In this document: piece by piece, positions 10,427-19,236 of the stretch
Layout of the letters: every line of letters starts with the position of its first letter
Numbering within the stretch: the first letter of the stretch is position 1
Source of the DNA: an uncultured Candidatus Saccharibacteria bacterium
GTDB taxonomy: Bacteria; Patescibacteriota; Minisyncoccia; Phycocordibacterales; DATDWN01
Assembly: GCA_964596875.1 (NCBI GenBank)
Contig: CAZQVT010000001.1
Span: 175,161 to 239,160 of the forward strand
Length of the DNA: 64,000 nucleotides
Direction: 5' to 3'
Notes under the pieces: model-generated
Told to the model about the DNA's origin: nothing
The model's input: only the letters and a program-made list of their open reading frames with translations
Database searches by the model: none
Translations under genes and position numbers: made by a program

Positions 10427-10512
10427 CATCGTCTGCGTTGTTGCAGTTCAGTTTTGTTTGTTCACCTTACTACCTGTAAGGCTCACTCACAAAACTTCCT
10501 GCGCCTAGCATC
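10427..10512 (+). repeat. intergenic structured hairpin element, copy A (nested stems GTTTTGT/ACAAAAC and CCTTAC/GTAAGG)
   Basis: ~95% identical to copy B at 28221-28303; shares core with copies C, D, E. Confidence 0.7.
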
Positions 10513-10569
10513 CAATACTATTTATCTCCTTTTAGATTTACAAATGTTGTTTATCTGTAAAAATAAACA

Positions 10570-10597
10570 TTGACAAAATAGTTTTATTGTGTAATTT
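10570..10597 (+). promoter_or_regulatory. sigma70-like promoter TTGACA-16/17-TAATTT for GC-rich ORF
   Basis: consensus -35, AT-rich -10, AGGAGGG RBS at ~10621. Confidence 0.5.
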
Positions 10598-10633
10598 TAA
10601 TGTTGAACTGTTCCGACCCAAGGAGGGTCAAAG

Positions 10634-11305
10634 ATGGCGAAAAGCGTGAAAAAGGCTAAGGCTCGTCGAAACAACTGGAAGCGCGAAGCGACCGAAATCA
10701 TGGAGTTGCTGAAGGGCGCCAAGGCAACCATCGAGGCTCTCGAGCTCAAGCAGACTCAGTCGGATTCGGAGCTCGTCGGGGTGAAGGCCGAACTCGAATC
10801 GGCGAAGGCCGAACTCGACAAGGCCAAGGAAGAACTCGGTGCCGTGAAGGCCAAGTTGGCCGAAGTGGAGGCCGGCCTGTCGGCGCTGGAGACCACCAAC
10901 AAGGACCTGGTCAACAGGAACTTCGCTCTGGAAAGCGGCTTCTACGGCTCGCGTAGCAAGTCGCGTCGGCTCGAGAGTCGAAATCGCGAACTGCGGTTGG
11001 AAATCGACTCGCGCCGTCGGCTCGCCGGGGTTCTGGCTGTGTTTCATCACGCCAGTACCTGCACGGAGGACTGCTTAGAGGAGTTCGCGGCAGCCGGCCG
11101 GGCTGTGGGCGTCGACATCGACAAGATCGACAAGGCCCATGTGTCGGAAGCCTACAAGGCAGCCGGCCGTCGGCTTCACAAGCTGACCTGGGAGAAGGGT
11201 ATCCGCATGACCAAGTCGCACATGAGCCCTCAGTCAGCGACGGACTCACTCGAGGCTACGATCAACGCTGTCGAGCAGATGCTCGGGATGCGCGATCGGG
11301 TCTAG
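10634..11305 (+). CDS. coiled-coil hypothetical protein (223 aa), GC-rich minicassette 2
   Basis: heptad-like E/K/A/L-rich N-terminal half; strong RBS; GC ~58% vs ~35% flanks. Confidence 0.5.
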   Translation: MAKSVKKAKARRNNWKREATEIMELLKGAKATIEALELKQTQSDSELVGVKAELESAKAELDKAKEELGAVKAKLAEVEAGLSALETTNKDLVNRNFALESGFYGSRSKSRRLESRNRELRLEIDSRRRLAGVLAVFHHASTCTEDCLEEFAAAGRAVGVDIDKIDKAHVSEAYKAAGRRLHKLTWEKGIRMTKSHMSPQSATDSLEATINAVEQMLGMRDRV

Positions 11306-11323
11306 CCGAGGGGTGTAGAAGGT

Positions 11324-11358
11324 GGGGTGGCTTCGGTCGCCCCAGCTTCTTTTTTTTA
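11324..11358 (+). terminator. GC-rich hairpin + T9 run
   Basis: GGGGTGGC-TTCG-GTCGCCCC stem (with wobbles) followed by TTTTTTTTT. Confidence 0.6.
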
Positions 11359-11385
11359 TTTGAAATTTTGATATCATTTATAGTT

Positions 11386-13167
11386 ATGGAAAAAACTACT
11401 AAATCATCAAAGAACATACCGATAAGAAAAATTTTTGAGCAATATTGGATTGGTACTGAAAGTAAAAGAACTTTACTGTCTCTTTCAGTAGCCTTTTTCT
11501 TTGTTGCTCAGGTTGTGAGAGTGGTAATTCCTATTTTTTATAAAAAATTCTTTGATTTATTGAGTAGCTCAACAAATCCTGGTTCGGATGTGAATAATTT
11601 AGTTCATATTATATATATAGTATTGGGTCTAAATATTGTAAGTTGGGTTTCATGGAGAGTTGGTGTAAACATGTATAATGTAATGGAATCTCGTGTAATG
11701 GCAAAATTAAAACAAAATGCCTTTAACTACTTAACTAGACATTCATACACATTTTTCGCCAACACATTTGGAGGAAGTTTGGTTCAAAAAATAGGCCGTT
11801 TCAGTAGAGCATTTGAGGCCATACTAGATACTTTGGTGTTTAACTTGATGCCACTACTCATTGCGATTTTCGGCTCGATTTATGTAACCTGGACTATAGT
11901 TCCAGTGGTGTCTCTAATGATAATTGCCTGGGTAATAGTTTTTGTTGTGTTTAGTTTTGTTTTCTCAAATTGGAAACTTAAATACGACGAAATATCTGCC
12001 AAGGCTGACACTGCAACTACGGCATATCTTTCTGACGCTATTACAAACAGCACAGCGATGTCTTTTTTTACTGGTCATGAACACGAGTCGAACGGATTCA
12101 AAGATGTAACACAAGATCAAGCAAATAAGACATTGTTTTCTTGGAGACTTGGGGATGTTGTTGATGCTGTACAAACATTACTCATTTTAATAATAGAGTT
12201 TTTTGTATTTTATTATGCTGTCAGATACTGGAAGTCGGGTCTAGCAACTGTCGGTACTTTTGTTTTGATACAGTCTTATATCATTGGTCTTGCAAACCAA
12301 CTTTGGGGACTGAACAGAATAATCCGAAACTTGTACCAAAGTATTGCTGACTCAAAAGAAATGGTGGAGATTTTGATAACTCCATATGAAATTCAAGACA
12401 AACCAGATGCAAAAGATATTGTTGTGAAAAATGGTGAGATAAAGTTCGAGAATGTTACTTTCAATTTTGGAAAAGGGGAAGATGCCTTGAAGGAAATTAA
12501 CCTTACTATCGGTGCCGGTGAAAAAGTTGCTGTGGTTGGTCATAGTGGTGCGGGTAAAACAACTTTGGTTAGACTTATTATGCGACTTTATAATATTACT
12601 TCGGGACATCTATATATAGACAACCAAGATATTGAAGAAGTAACACAAGACAGTTTGAGAAATAACATAAGTTTTGTTCCTCAAGATCCAATACTATTTC
12701 ACAGAACTCTAATGGAAAATATTAGATATGGAAAGCGTGATGCAACAGATGAGGAAGTTATACAGGCTTCAAAACTAGCACATTGTGATGACTTTATAGA
12801 TAAACTTCCTTTGAAATACGATACATATGTTGGTGAAAGAGGTATAAAACTTTCTGGAGGTGAAAGACAAAGGGTCGCTATTGCCAGAGCTTTACTTAAA
12901 AAAGCCCCGATACTTATTTTTGATGAAGCCACGTCGTCACTCGACTCATACTCAGAGTCACTTATTCAGGATGCGTTAGAAAACCTAATGAAAAATAGTA
13001 CAACAATAGTTATAGCCCACAGACTTTCCACTATAAAGAGAATGGATAGAATTATTTCTATGGATGAAGGCAGGATTGTAGAAATCGGAACACACGAAGA
13101 ACTGGCACACAAAGAAAATGGTTTGTATAAAAAGTTGTGGGACTTACAGGTTGGTGGTTTTGTTTAG
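11386..13167 (+). CDS. ABC exporter, fused permease/ATP-binding (MsbA-like)
   Basis: 6-TM domain then Walker A GHSGAGKT, signature LSGGERQR, Walker B ILIFDEATS; ATG at 11386 preferred over TTG at 11368. Confidence 0.85.
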   Translation: MEKTTKSSKNIPIRKIFEQYWIGTESKRTLLSLSVAFFFVAQVVRVVIPIFYKKFFDLLSSSTNPGSDVNNLVHIIYIVLGLNIVSWVSWRVGVNMYNVMESRVMAKLKQNAFNYLTRHSYTFFANTFGGSLVQKIGRFSRAFEAILDTLVFNLMPLLIAIFGSIYVTWTIVPVVSLMIIAWVIVFVVFSFVFSNWKLKYDEISAKADTATTAYLSDAITNSTAMSFFTGHEHESNGFKDVTQDQANKTLFSWRLGDVVDAVQTLLILIIEFFVFYYAVRYWKSGLATVGTFVLIQSYIIGLANQLWGLNRIIRNLYQSIADSKEMVEILITPYEIQDKPDAKDIVVKNGEIKFENVTFNFGKGEDALKEINLTIGAGEKVAVVGHSGAGKTTLVRLIMRLYNITSGHLYIDNQDIEEVTQDSLRNNISFVPQDPILFHRTLMENIRYGKRDATDEEVIQASKLAHCDDFIDKLPLKYDTYVGERGIKLSGGERQRVAIARALLKKAPILIFDEATSSLDSYSESLIQDALENLMKNSTTIVIAHRLSTIKRMDRIISMDEGRIVEIGTHEELAHKENGLYKKLWDLQVGGFV

Positions 13168-13204
13168 TATTTTCGACTAAACCTAAATGTGATAATATGT
13201 TCCT

Positions 13205-14182
13205 ATGGCTAAAAAAACTTTACTGTCTGGGGTAAAACCTACTGGACGACCACATATTGGAAACTATTTTGGAGCAATGAAACAGTTTGTAGATATGCAG
13301 GAGGAGTTCAACTGTATGTGCTTTATTGCTGACTATCACGCTCTAAACTTTATTCAAGATGGCGCTGAAATGAAACAAAAAATCCTAGATTTAACACTAG
13401 ACTATCTTGCTATTGGTTTGGATCCTAAAAAAACTCTTATTTACAAACAGTCAGATGTGTCAGAACACACAGAACTAACATGGATTTTCGACACAATAAC
13501 AACCATGCCTTACCTTATGCGAGCACACGCTTACAAAGATGCTGAGGCTAAAGACAAAGAAATAAATGTTGGAACTTTTAACTACCCAATGCTAATGGCA
13601 GCAGATATTCTTTTGTATGATGCCGATGTTGTGCCTGTGGGGCAGGACCAAAAACAACACATAGAATACACACGAGATACTGCACAAAAGTTTAATGGTA
13701 CTTTTGCAAGAGAATCAGGCCGCGAAGTTTTCAAACTTCCAGATGCAAAAATATTAGACACTGTTGCGGTAGTGCCAGGAACAGATGGACAAAAAATGTC
13801 TAAAAGTTATGGAAATACTATTCCACTTTTTGCCAGTGACGAAGAAATAGAAAAAGCTGTTATGTCTATTGTTACAGACTCAAGCGCAGTAGGTGAGGGT
13901 GGACGACCAGAAAATGTTTATGCGATTCATAGACTGATAAGAAGTGAAGAAGAGCTTGCTCCTATATATGCAGAAAATATGGGTAAGTACAAAAACTTAA
14001 AAGAAGCACTCATAAAAGATTTAAAAGAATTTATAAAACCACTTCGAGAGAAAAGAGAGCAACTTGCAAGTGATCCGGACTATGTTTTGGATGTTTTGAA
14101 AGAGGGCGGAAAGAGAGCAAAGGCCATTGCAGAAAAGAAAATGGAGGAAGTTAGAGAGGCTATCGGGGTCAAACTATATTAA
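13205..14182 (+). CDS. trpS: tryptophan--tRNA ligase
   Basis: class I HIGH-like PHIGNYFG and KMSKS motifs, ~325 aa. Confidence 0.9.
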   Translation: MAKKTLLSGVKPTGRPHIGNYFGAMKQFVDMQEEFNCMCFIADYHALNFIQDGAEMKQKILDLTLDYLAIGLDPKKTLIYKQSDVSEHTELTWIFDTITTMPYLMRAHAYKDAEAKDKEINVGTFNYPMLMAADILLYDADVVPVGQDQKQHIEYTRDTAQKFNGTFARESGREVFKLPDAKILDTVAVVPGTDGQKMSKSYGNTIPLFASDEEIEKAVMSIVTDSSAVGEGGRPENVYAIHRLIRSEEELAPIYAENMGKYKNLKEALIKDLKEFIKPLREKREQLASDPDYVLDVLKEGGKRAKAIAEKKMEEVREAIGVKLY

Positions 14183-14195
14183 ATTATCTTAACAA

Positions 14196-15983
14196 ATGAA
14201 TAGTATAAAAAAATACTTCAGTAGTGTGAGGTTTAGTCTAGGATATTCTTTTTTGTTTGCAAGGAATGAAACTATGTTTCTAGGGCTAATAAATGTCGTA
14301 ATTGGTGTGATGCCGTACGCTACAGCTTTTTTTCTTGGAAAACTTGTAGACACAATAGTTTCTGGAGCAGATAATAGTTCATTTCTTGGACTATGGTCAG
14401 TTTTAATACTTTACGCAATTGTAAGTTCTTTGCCATCATTTACCGGAAACTTTCAGAGATTTATAGCTAGAAAGAGAATGTCAAAAATGCAAGTGGGTAT
14501 GGAAGTTGAGATTGTTAAAATGAGAGAAAGAGTTGATATTTCAAAGTATGAAGACCCAAAATTTTTGGATTTAATACAAAGAACCTTCAGACAGGGACCA
14601 AATCCTGTATATCAATTGGGGATATCTCAATTTGATTTAACCCAATCAGTCACAAGTTTAATTGTTGGAACAGTACTAGCAATACATTTTGACCCACTTA
14701 TTTTTATAATAGTAATTGCTACCGCAATACCAGCTTTTATCGTTGATATTAAATTTGCTGGTATGGCTTGGAGTATTTGGGCAAAAGATTCAGTAGAACA
14801 GCGTAGACTTGGGGATTTAAGACAGCATATTTTTTTGCGCCACTCGTTAATTGAAACAAAACTATTTCAATCTTCAAATAAAATATTTAAGTGGATGGAA
14901 AAGATACTTACTGATTTTTCACGCAAGCAAATGGGAGTTGAAAGAAAAATCGTATGGTACACGACAATAACTGATATTTTGTCCTTGGTAGGTTTTGGTG
15001 TCGGATTAGTGTTGGTAGTAAAAGGTAATATATCTGGTGTTACAAAAGTAGGTTCAGTAGTTTATATTATTAGTACATTATCAAGTGTTCGAAGATCAAT
15101 AGCAAATTTCTTAAAAGATATTTCAAGTCAATTTGAAAATAATCTTATCGTTCAAGATATGATCGAGGTTTACAACACTAAACCGGTTATTATTGAAAAG
15201 ACTGAACCAACTTTTATTAACTTAAGTCATGCTCCAGAAATTGTTTTTGAGAATGTTGGTTTTAAGTATCAAGGTTCGGAAAAATGGAGTTTGAGAAATG
15301 TAAATCTAACTTTCAGTGCCGGAGATAATATTGGACTAGTTGGAAACAATGGTGCAGGTAAAACTACACTCGTAAAACTTATTTGTAGAATATATGACCC
15401 AACAGAAGGCAGAATACTTATAAATGATGTGGATTTGAAAGATATTTCTACAAAAGAATGGTGGTCATATTTGGCGGTTATGTTTCAGGATTATGCCAGT
15501 TACGACTTTCTAGTTAAAGATGCAATTGGTATTGGTAGGCCTGACAAACCTACAAACTTAACAAAAGTTATAGATGCCTCAAGGGTTGCACAGTCACATG
15601 ACTTTATCATGGATTGGAAAGACAAATATGATGAGCAACTCGGAGTGGATTTCAGTGGTAAAGAACCATCAAAGGGTCAGAAACAAAAACTTTCAATTGC
15701 AAAAATACTATATAGAGATGGTTTAGTCATGATTCTTGATGAGCCTACTGCATCAGTGGATGCTGAGTCAGAAGCAAAGATTTTTGATTCTATTGAAAAC
15801 TTACCAAAAGACAGAACGGCGATACTAATTTCTCATGACTTCTCTACCATTTCACAGTGCGATAAAATTTTTGTTTTGGATAAGGGCTCATTAATAGAGG
15901 AGGGAAGTCATAAAGAATTAATGGCCAAAAAGGGTATGTATTCTGAACTTTATAATCTTCAGGCAAAAAGATTCAAAAAATAA
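14196..15983 (+). CDS. ABC exporter, fused permease/ATP-binding
   Basis: TM domain + Walker A GNNGAGKT + Walker B ILDEPTAS. Confidence 0.85.
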   Translation: MNSIKKYFSSVRFSLGYSFLFARNETMFLGLINVVIGVMPYATAFFLGKLVDTIVSGADNSSFLGLWSVLILYAIVSSLPSFTGNFQRFIARKRMSKMQVGMEVEIVKMRERVDISKYEDPKFLDLIQRTFRQGPNPVYQLGISQFDLTQSVTSLIVGTVLAIHFDPLIFIIVIATAIPAFIVDIKFAGMAWSIWAKDSVEQRRLGDLRQHIFLRHSLIETKLFQSSNKIFKWMEKILTDFSRKQMGVERKIVWYTTITDILSLVGFGVGLVLVVKGNISGVTKVGSVVYIISTLSSVRRSIANFLKDISSQFENNLIVQDMIEVYNTKPVIIEKTEPTFINLSHAPEIVFENVGFKYQGSEKWSLRNVNLTFSAGDNIGLVGNNGAGKTTLVKLICRIYDPTEGRILINDVDLKDISTKEWWSYLAVMFQDYASYDFLVKDAIGIGRPDKPTNLTKVIDASRVAQSHDFIMDWKDKYDEQLGVDFSGKEPSKGQKQKLSIAKILYRDGLVMILDEPTASVDAESEAKIFDSIENLPKDRTAILISHDFSTISQCDKIFVLDKGSLIEEGSHKELMAKKGMYSELYNLQAKRFKK

Positions 15984-15984
15984 A

Positions 15985-16518
15985 ATGAAAAATGAAATAA
16001 AAATTATAGATAAGTTGCCCGTTGAAAGATGGGAGGAGTATAAAGAGTTAAGACTAGAAGCTCTAAGGACTGACCCAAGTGCCTTTTGGGCAGACTTTGA
16101 CTCCACTGAAAAGGTGGAAGATAAGGAGTGGAAAACCGAACTGGAAAGAAATATAAATGGCGATGAAATAATTATTTTTGCTGAATACGATAATAAATTA
16201 ATTGGTATGGGTACAGTTTATTTGTATGAAAGAGAAGATTGCAAACACAACGCCACATTGAAATCATTGTACGTTTCACCTGAACATAGAGGTAAAAAAA
16301 TAGGTGAAATTCTAGTAAAAAGAAGAATAGAGCTGATTCTTGAAAAACCTTACATTAGGAATATATTTTGTGAAATATTTGGGTATAACGTTTCTTCGAT
16401 AGAGCTTCATAAAAAACTTGGATTTGAAGAGGTTGGCAAAGTTAAGGATTTTATATTGCTAGATGGTAAGTATTTTGACTCACTAACTTTTCAAAAGAGG
16501 TTTGGTCAGAGAGAATAA
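15985..16518 (+). CDS. GNAT family N-acetyltransferase
   Basis: 177 aa, acetyl-CoA motif RGKKIGEIL. Confidence 0.7.
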   Translation: MKNEIKIIDKLPVERWEEYKELRLEALRTDPSAFWADFDSTEKVEDKEWKTELERNINGDEIIIFAEYDNKLIGMGTVYLYEREDCKHNATLKSLYVSPEHRGKKIGEILVKRRIELILEKPYIRNIFCEIFGYNVSSIELHKKLGFEEVGKVKDFILLDGKYFDSLTFQKRFGQRE

Positions 16519-16538
16519 ATATGTTAGATTAGGAACAT

Positions 16539-16648
16539 ATGATCCCGTAAGAAATAGAAGGAGATCGGGATTACCATTATCAGATAATTCAAATAATTAA
16601 ATAAGGAGTAGTAATTAAATATACGATCTCCTATTTCAAACGGGATGA
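16539..16648 (+). promoter_or_regulatory. structured leader / TIR element L1 enclosing aspS start codon
   Basis: 5' arm ATGATCCCGTAAGAAAT pairs with 3' arm ATTTCAAACGGGATGA (ATG = aspS start); same arms in L2 and L3. Confidence 0.6.
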
Positions 16649-18039
16649 CAAGAATTTATATTAAAGATTTGGGGGCACATGTGGGGGAGGAGGTCACTAT
16701 TAAAGGCTGGGTAGACGTACGCCGAGACCAAGGAAAAATGGTCTTTATCGATATGCGAGATATGTCTGGCCGAGTTCAGTGTGTGGTTTTGCCAAACTAT
16801 ACAGAGGTTATTGAAAAGGTTAAAGAAGTTAGAACAGAATGGGTTCTAGAACTAAAAGGAAAAGTAAACAAAAGACCAGAAAGAAACATTAAGGCTGGTG
16901 TACTAAACGGGGATATTGAGCTAGAGGTTACTGGACTAGAAGTTCTAAACAAGTCTGACACTATCCCTTTTGATATTTCAGGAGATACAAAAGAGATAAA
17001 CGAAGAGGTGAGACTAAAATATAGATATGTAGATCTTCGTTCTGACCGAATGCAGAAAAACATTCGAAACCGTCACAAGGTAATAAAACACATACGAGAT
17101 TTTCTAGATAAAGAAAACTTTATTGAGGTGGAAACTCCAATGCTAACAAAATCTACACCAGAAGGTTCTCGAGACTATGTTGTTCCAGCTAGACTATATC
17201 CTGGAAAGTTTTATGCATTGCCACAGTCTCCACAACAGTACAAACAACTACTTATGACATCTGGAGTTGAAAAATATTTCCAAATAGCCCGATGTATGCG
17301 TGACGAGGACACTCGTGGAGACAGACAACCAGAGTTTACACAACTTGATATGGAAATATCTTTCGTTGCACGCGAGGATGTAATGGAGCTAAACGAGAAA
17401 CTACTTATAGATCTAGTTACAAAACTTTATCCAGAAAAGAAAATCCAACAGGTTCCTTTCCCACGACTTACATATGCGGAGGCAATGGAGAAATACAACT
17501 CTGACAAACCAGACCTGCGAGAAGATAAAAACGATCCGAACCTTTTGGCATTCTGCTGGGTGATAGATTTTCCTTTCTTTGAGAAAACTGACACAGGAGC
17601 ATGGACATTTACTCATAACCCATTTTCTAGACCAAAACCTGAACACATGGATTGGTTAATGAAGAAAGAAAATATTGCTGAGATACTTACAACTCAATAC
17701 GACGTTGCGCTAAACGGCTTTGAAATCGGTGGGGGAAGTATAAGAAACCATAACCCAGAGGCACTAGAAAAAGTTTTTGAAATCATGGGTCACAGTATGG
17801 AAAACATCAAAGCAAACTTTGGTCACATGCTTTCTGCATTTTCATTAGGTACTCCACCGCACGGAGGTATAGCGTGGGGACTAGATAGACTTGTTATGCT
17901 ACTACAAAACGAACCAAACATTCGTGAAGTTATTCCTTTTGCAAAAACTGGTGAAGGTAAGGACCCTATGATGGATTCTCCAAGTGAAATCTCTGACGAG
18001 CAACTGCTTGAACTAAATATCAAAACACTAAAGAAATAA
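16645..18039 (+). CDS. aspS: aspartate--tRNA ligase (short form without GAD insertion)
   Basis: class II motifs FYALPQSPQ, GGGSIRNHN; N-terminal OB fold; 464 aa. Confidence 0.8.
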   Translation: MTRIYIKDLGAHVGEEVTIKGWVDVRRDQGKMVFIDMRDMSGRVQCVVLPNYTEVIEKVKEVRTEWVLELKGKVNKRPERNIKAGVLNGDIELEVTGLEVLNKSDTIPFDISGDTKEINEEVRLKYRYVDLRSDRMQKNIRNRHKVIKHIRDFLDKENFIEVETPMLTKSTPEGSRDYVVPARLYPGKFYALPQSPQQYKQLLMTSGVEKYFQIARCMRDEDTRGDRQPEFTQLDMEISFVAREDVMELNEKLLIDLVTKLYPEKKIQQVPFPRLTYAEAMEKYNSDKPDLREDKNDPNLLAFCWVIDFPFFEKTDTGAWTFTHNPFSRPKPEHMDWLMKKENIAEILTTQYDVALNGFEIGGGSIRNHNPEALEKVFEIMGHSMENIKANFGHMLSAFSLGTPPHGGIAWGLDRLVMLLQNEPNIREVIPFAKTGEGKDPMMDSPSEISDEQLLELNIKTLKK

Positions 18040-18056
18040 TTTGGTATAATTATTTC

Positions 18057-18359
18057 ATGAACTTAGAATATTTGTTTATATTAATTTTTTTACTGCTAAC
18101 TGGATTATTTATTGAATGGAAATACAAGATACATCTTTATCACTCTCGTCGCGAAAGATTTGTAGCTACATTGGTGATGTTTGTTATTGGTGTTGCATGG
18201 GATAATTTTTCAACATGGAGAGGTCACTGGATGTTTCCAGCAGAGGGAACTATCGGTATAAAAATTGGCTTTATCCCAATTGAGGAATATTTGTTTATAT
18301 TAATTGTCCCATTTTGGGTTCTGACAGTTTATAAATTAGTTGTAAAAAAAGTAAAATAG
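18057..18359 (+). CDS. lycopene cyclase domain-containing small membrane protein
   Basis: 100 aa, 3 TM, PxEE-like IPIEEYLF motif. Confidence 0.45.
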   Translation: MNLEYLFILIFLLLTGLFIEWKYKIHLYHSRRERFVATLVMFVIGVAWDNFSTWRGHWMFPAEGTIGIKIGFIPIEEYLFILIVPFWVLTVYKLVVKKVK

Positions 18360-18360
18360 T

Positions 18361-19089
18361 ATGCCGGATGAGTTTCTAGTTAAAACACATATTTTTGAAG
18401 GTCCATTGGACACACTCCTTTCTCTTATTGAAAAAAGGAAACTTTTCATAAACGATATTTCACTTGCACAGGTTGCCGATGACTATATCGCGTATATAAA
18501 AACTCTAGAAAATTTTCCAATAGCCGACTCCTCACATTTTATTCTTATCGCATCAACCTTAGTTTTAATTAAATCAAAATCTTTACTACCAGACTTGCAA
18601 CTAACCCCCGAAGAAGAAGAAAACATTCACAACCTTGAGGATAGACTAAAGCAGTACCAAAAATATAAGGCACTTTCGCAACATTTGAAAGAAAAGTTTG
18701 GGATAAACATAGAGTACCTAAGACTTCCAAGCAAAGAAAAAAAGATCGTTTTTACTCCTGACAAAAACACTGACATCTCTAAAATGCGTGAAGCGGTAAA
18801 AATACTTATCCAAAACCTACCTAAAAAAGAATTCGTCCCAAAGGCTATAGTTCAAAAAGTTATTTCACTTGAGGAAATGATGGATAATTTGTCGGAAAGA
18901 ATCACAAAGAGTTTCAAAATGAGTTTTAAGGATTTTTCTGGACACGGCAAGGCGGAAAAGGTAAATGTGATAGTGAGTTTCCTTGCGATGCTTGAACTAG
19001 TAAAACAGGGGATAATAAATGTAAGACAAGATGCGGACTTTCATGATATTGAAATGGAGACACAATCCATCGGTGTTCCAAGGTATTAA
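18361..19089 (+). CDS. scpA: segregation and condensation protein A
   Basis: N-terminal FEGPLDxLLxLI signature. Confidence 0.85.
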   Translation: MPDEFLVKTHIFEGPLDTLLSLIEKRKLFINDISLAQVADDYIAYIKTLENFPIADSSHFILIASTLVLIKSKSLLPDLQLTPEEEENIHNLEDRLKQYQKYKALSQHLKEKFGINIEYLRLPSKEKKIVFTPDKNTDISKMREAVKILIQNLPKKEFVPKAIVQKVISLEEMMDNLSERITKSFKMSFKDFSGHGKAEKVNVIVSFLAMLELVKQGIINVRQDADFHDIEMETQSIGVPRY

Positions 19090-19090
19090 A

Positions 19091-19213
19091 ACTTCCAAAT
19101 TTGGCGATCTACTCGTTTCAAAATTGAAAATGTTCGTCACCTTACTACTTGTAAGGCTTCTCACATTTTCAATTCCTCAACTTTGTGTCTCATCCAAATT
19201 GTGAAAGTTTGTT
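19091..19213 (+). repeat. intergenic structured hairpin element, copy C
   Basis: outer stem ATTGAAAATG/CATTTTCAAT, internal loop TTCGTCA/CTTCTCA, inner stem CCTTAC/GTAAGG, 3' tail CAAATTGTGAAAGTTTG; homologous to copy D. Confidence 0.7.
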
Positions 19214-19236
19214 GTATAATAAAAATATAAAATAAA

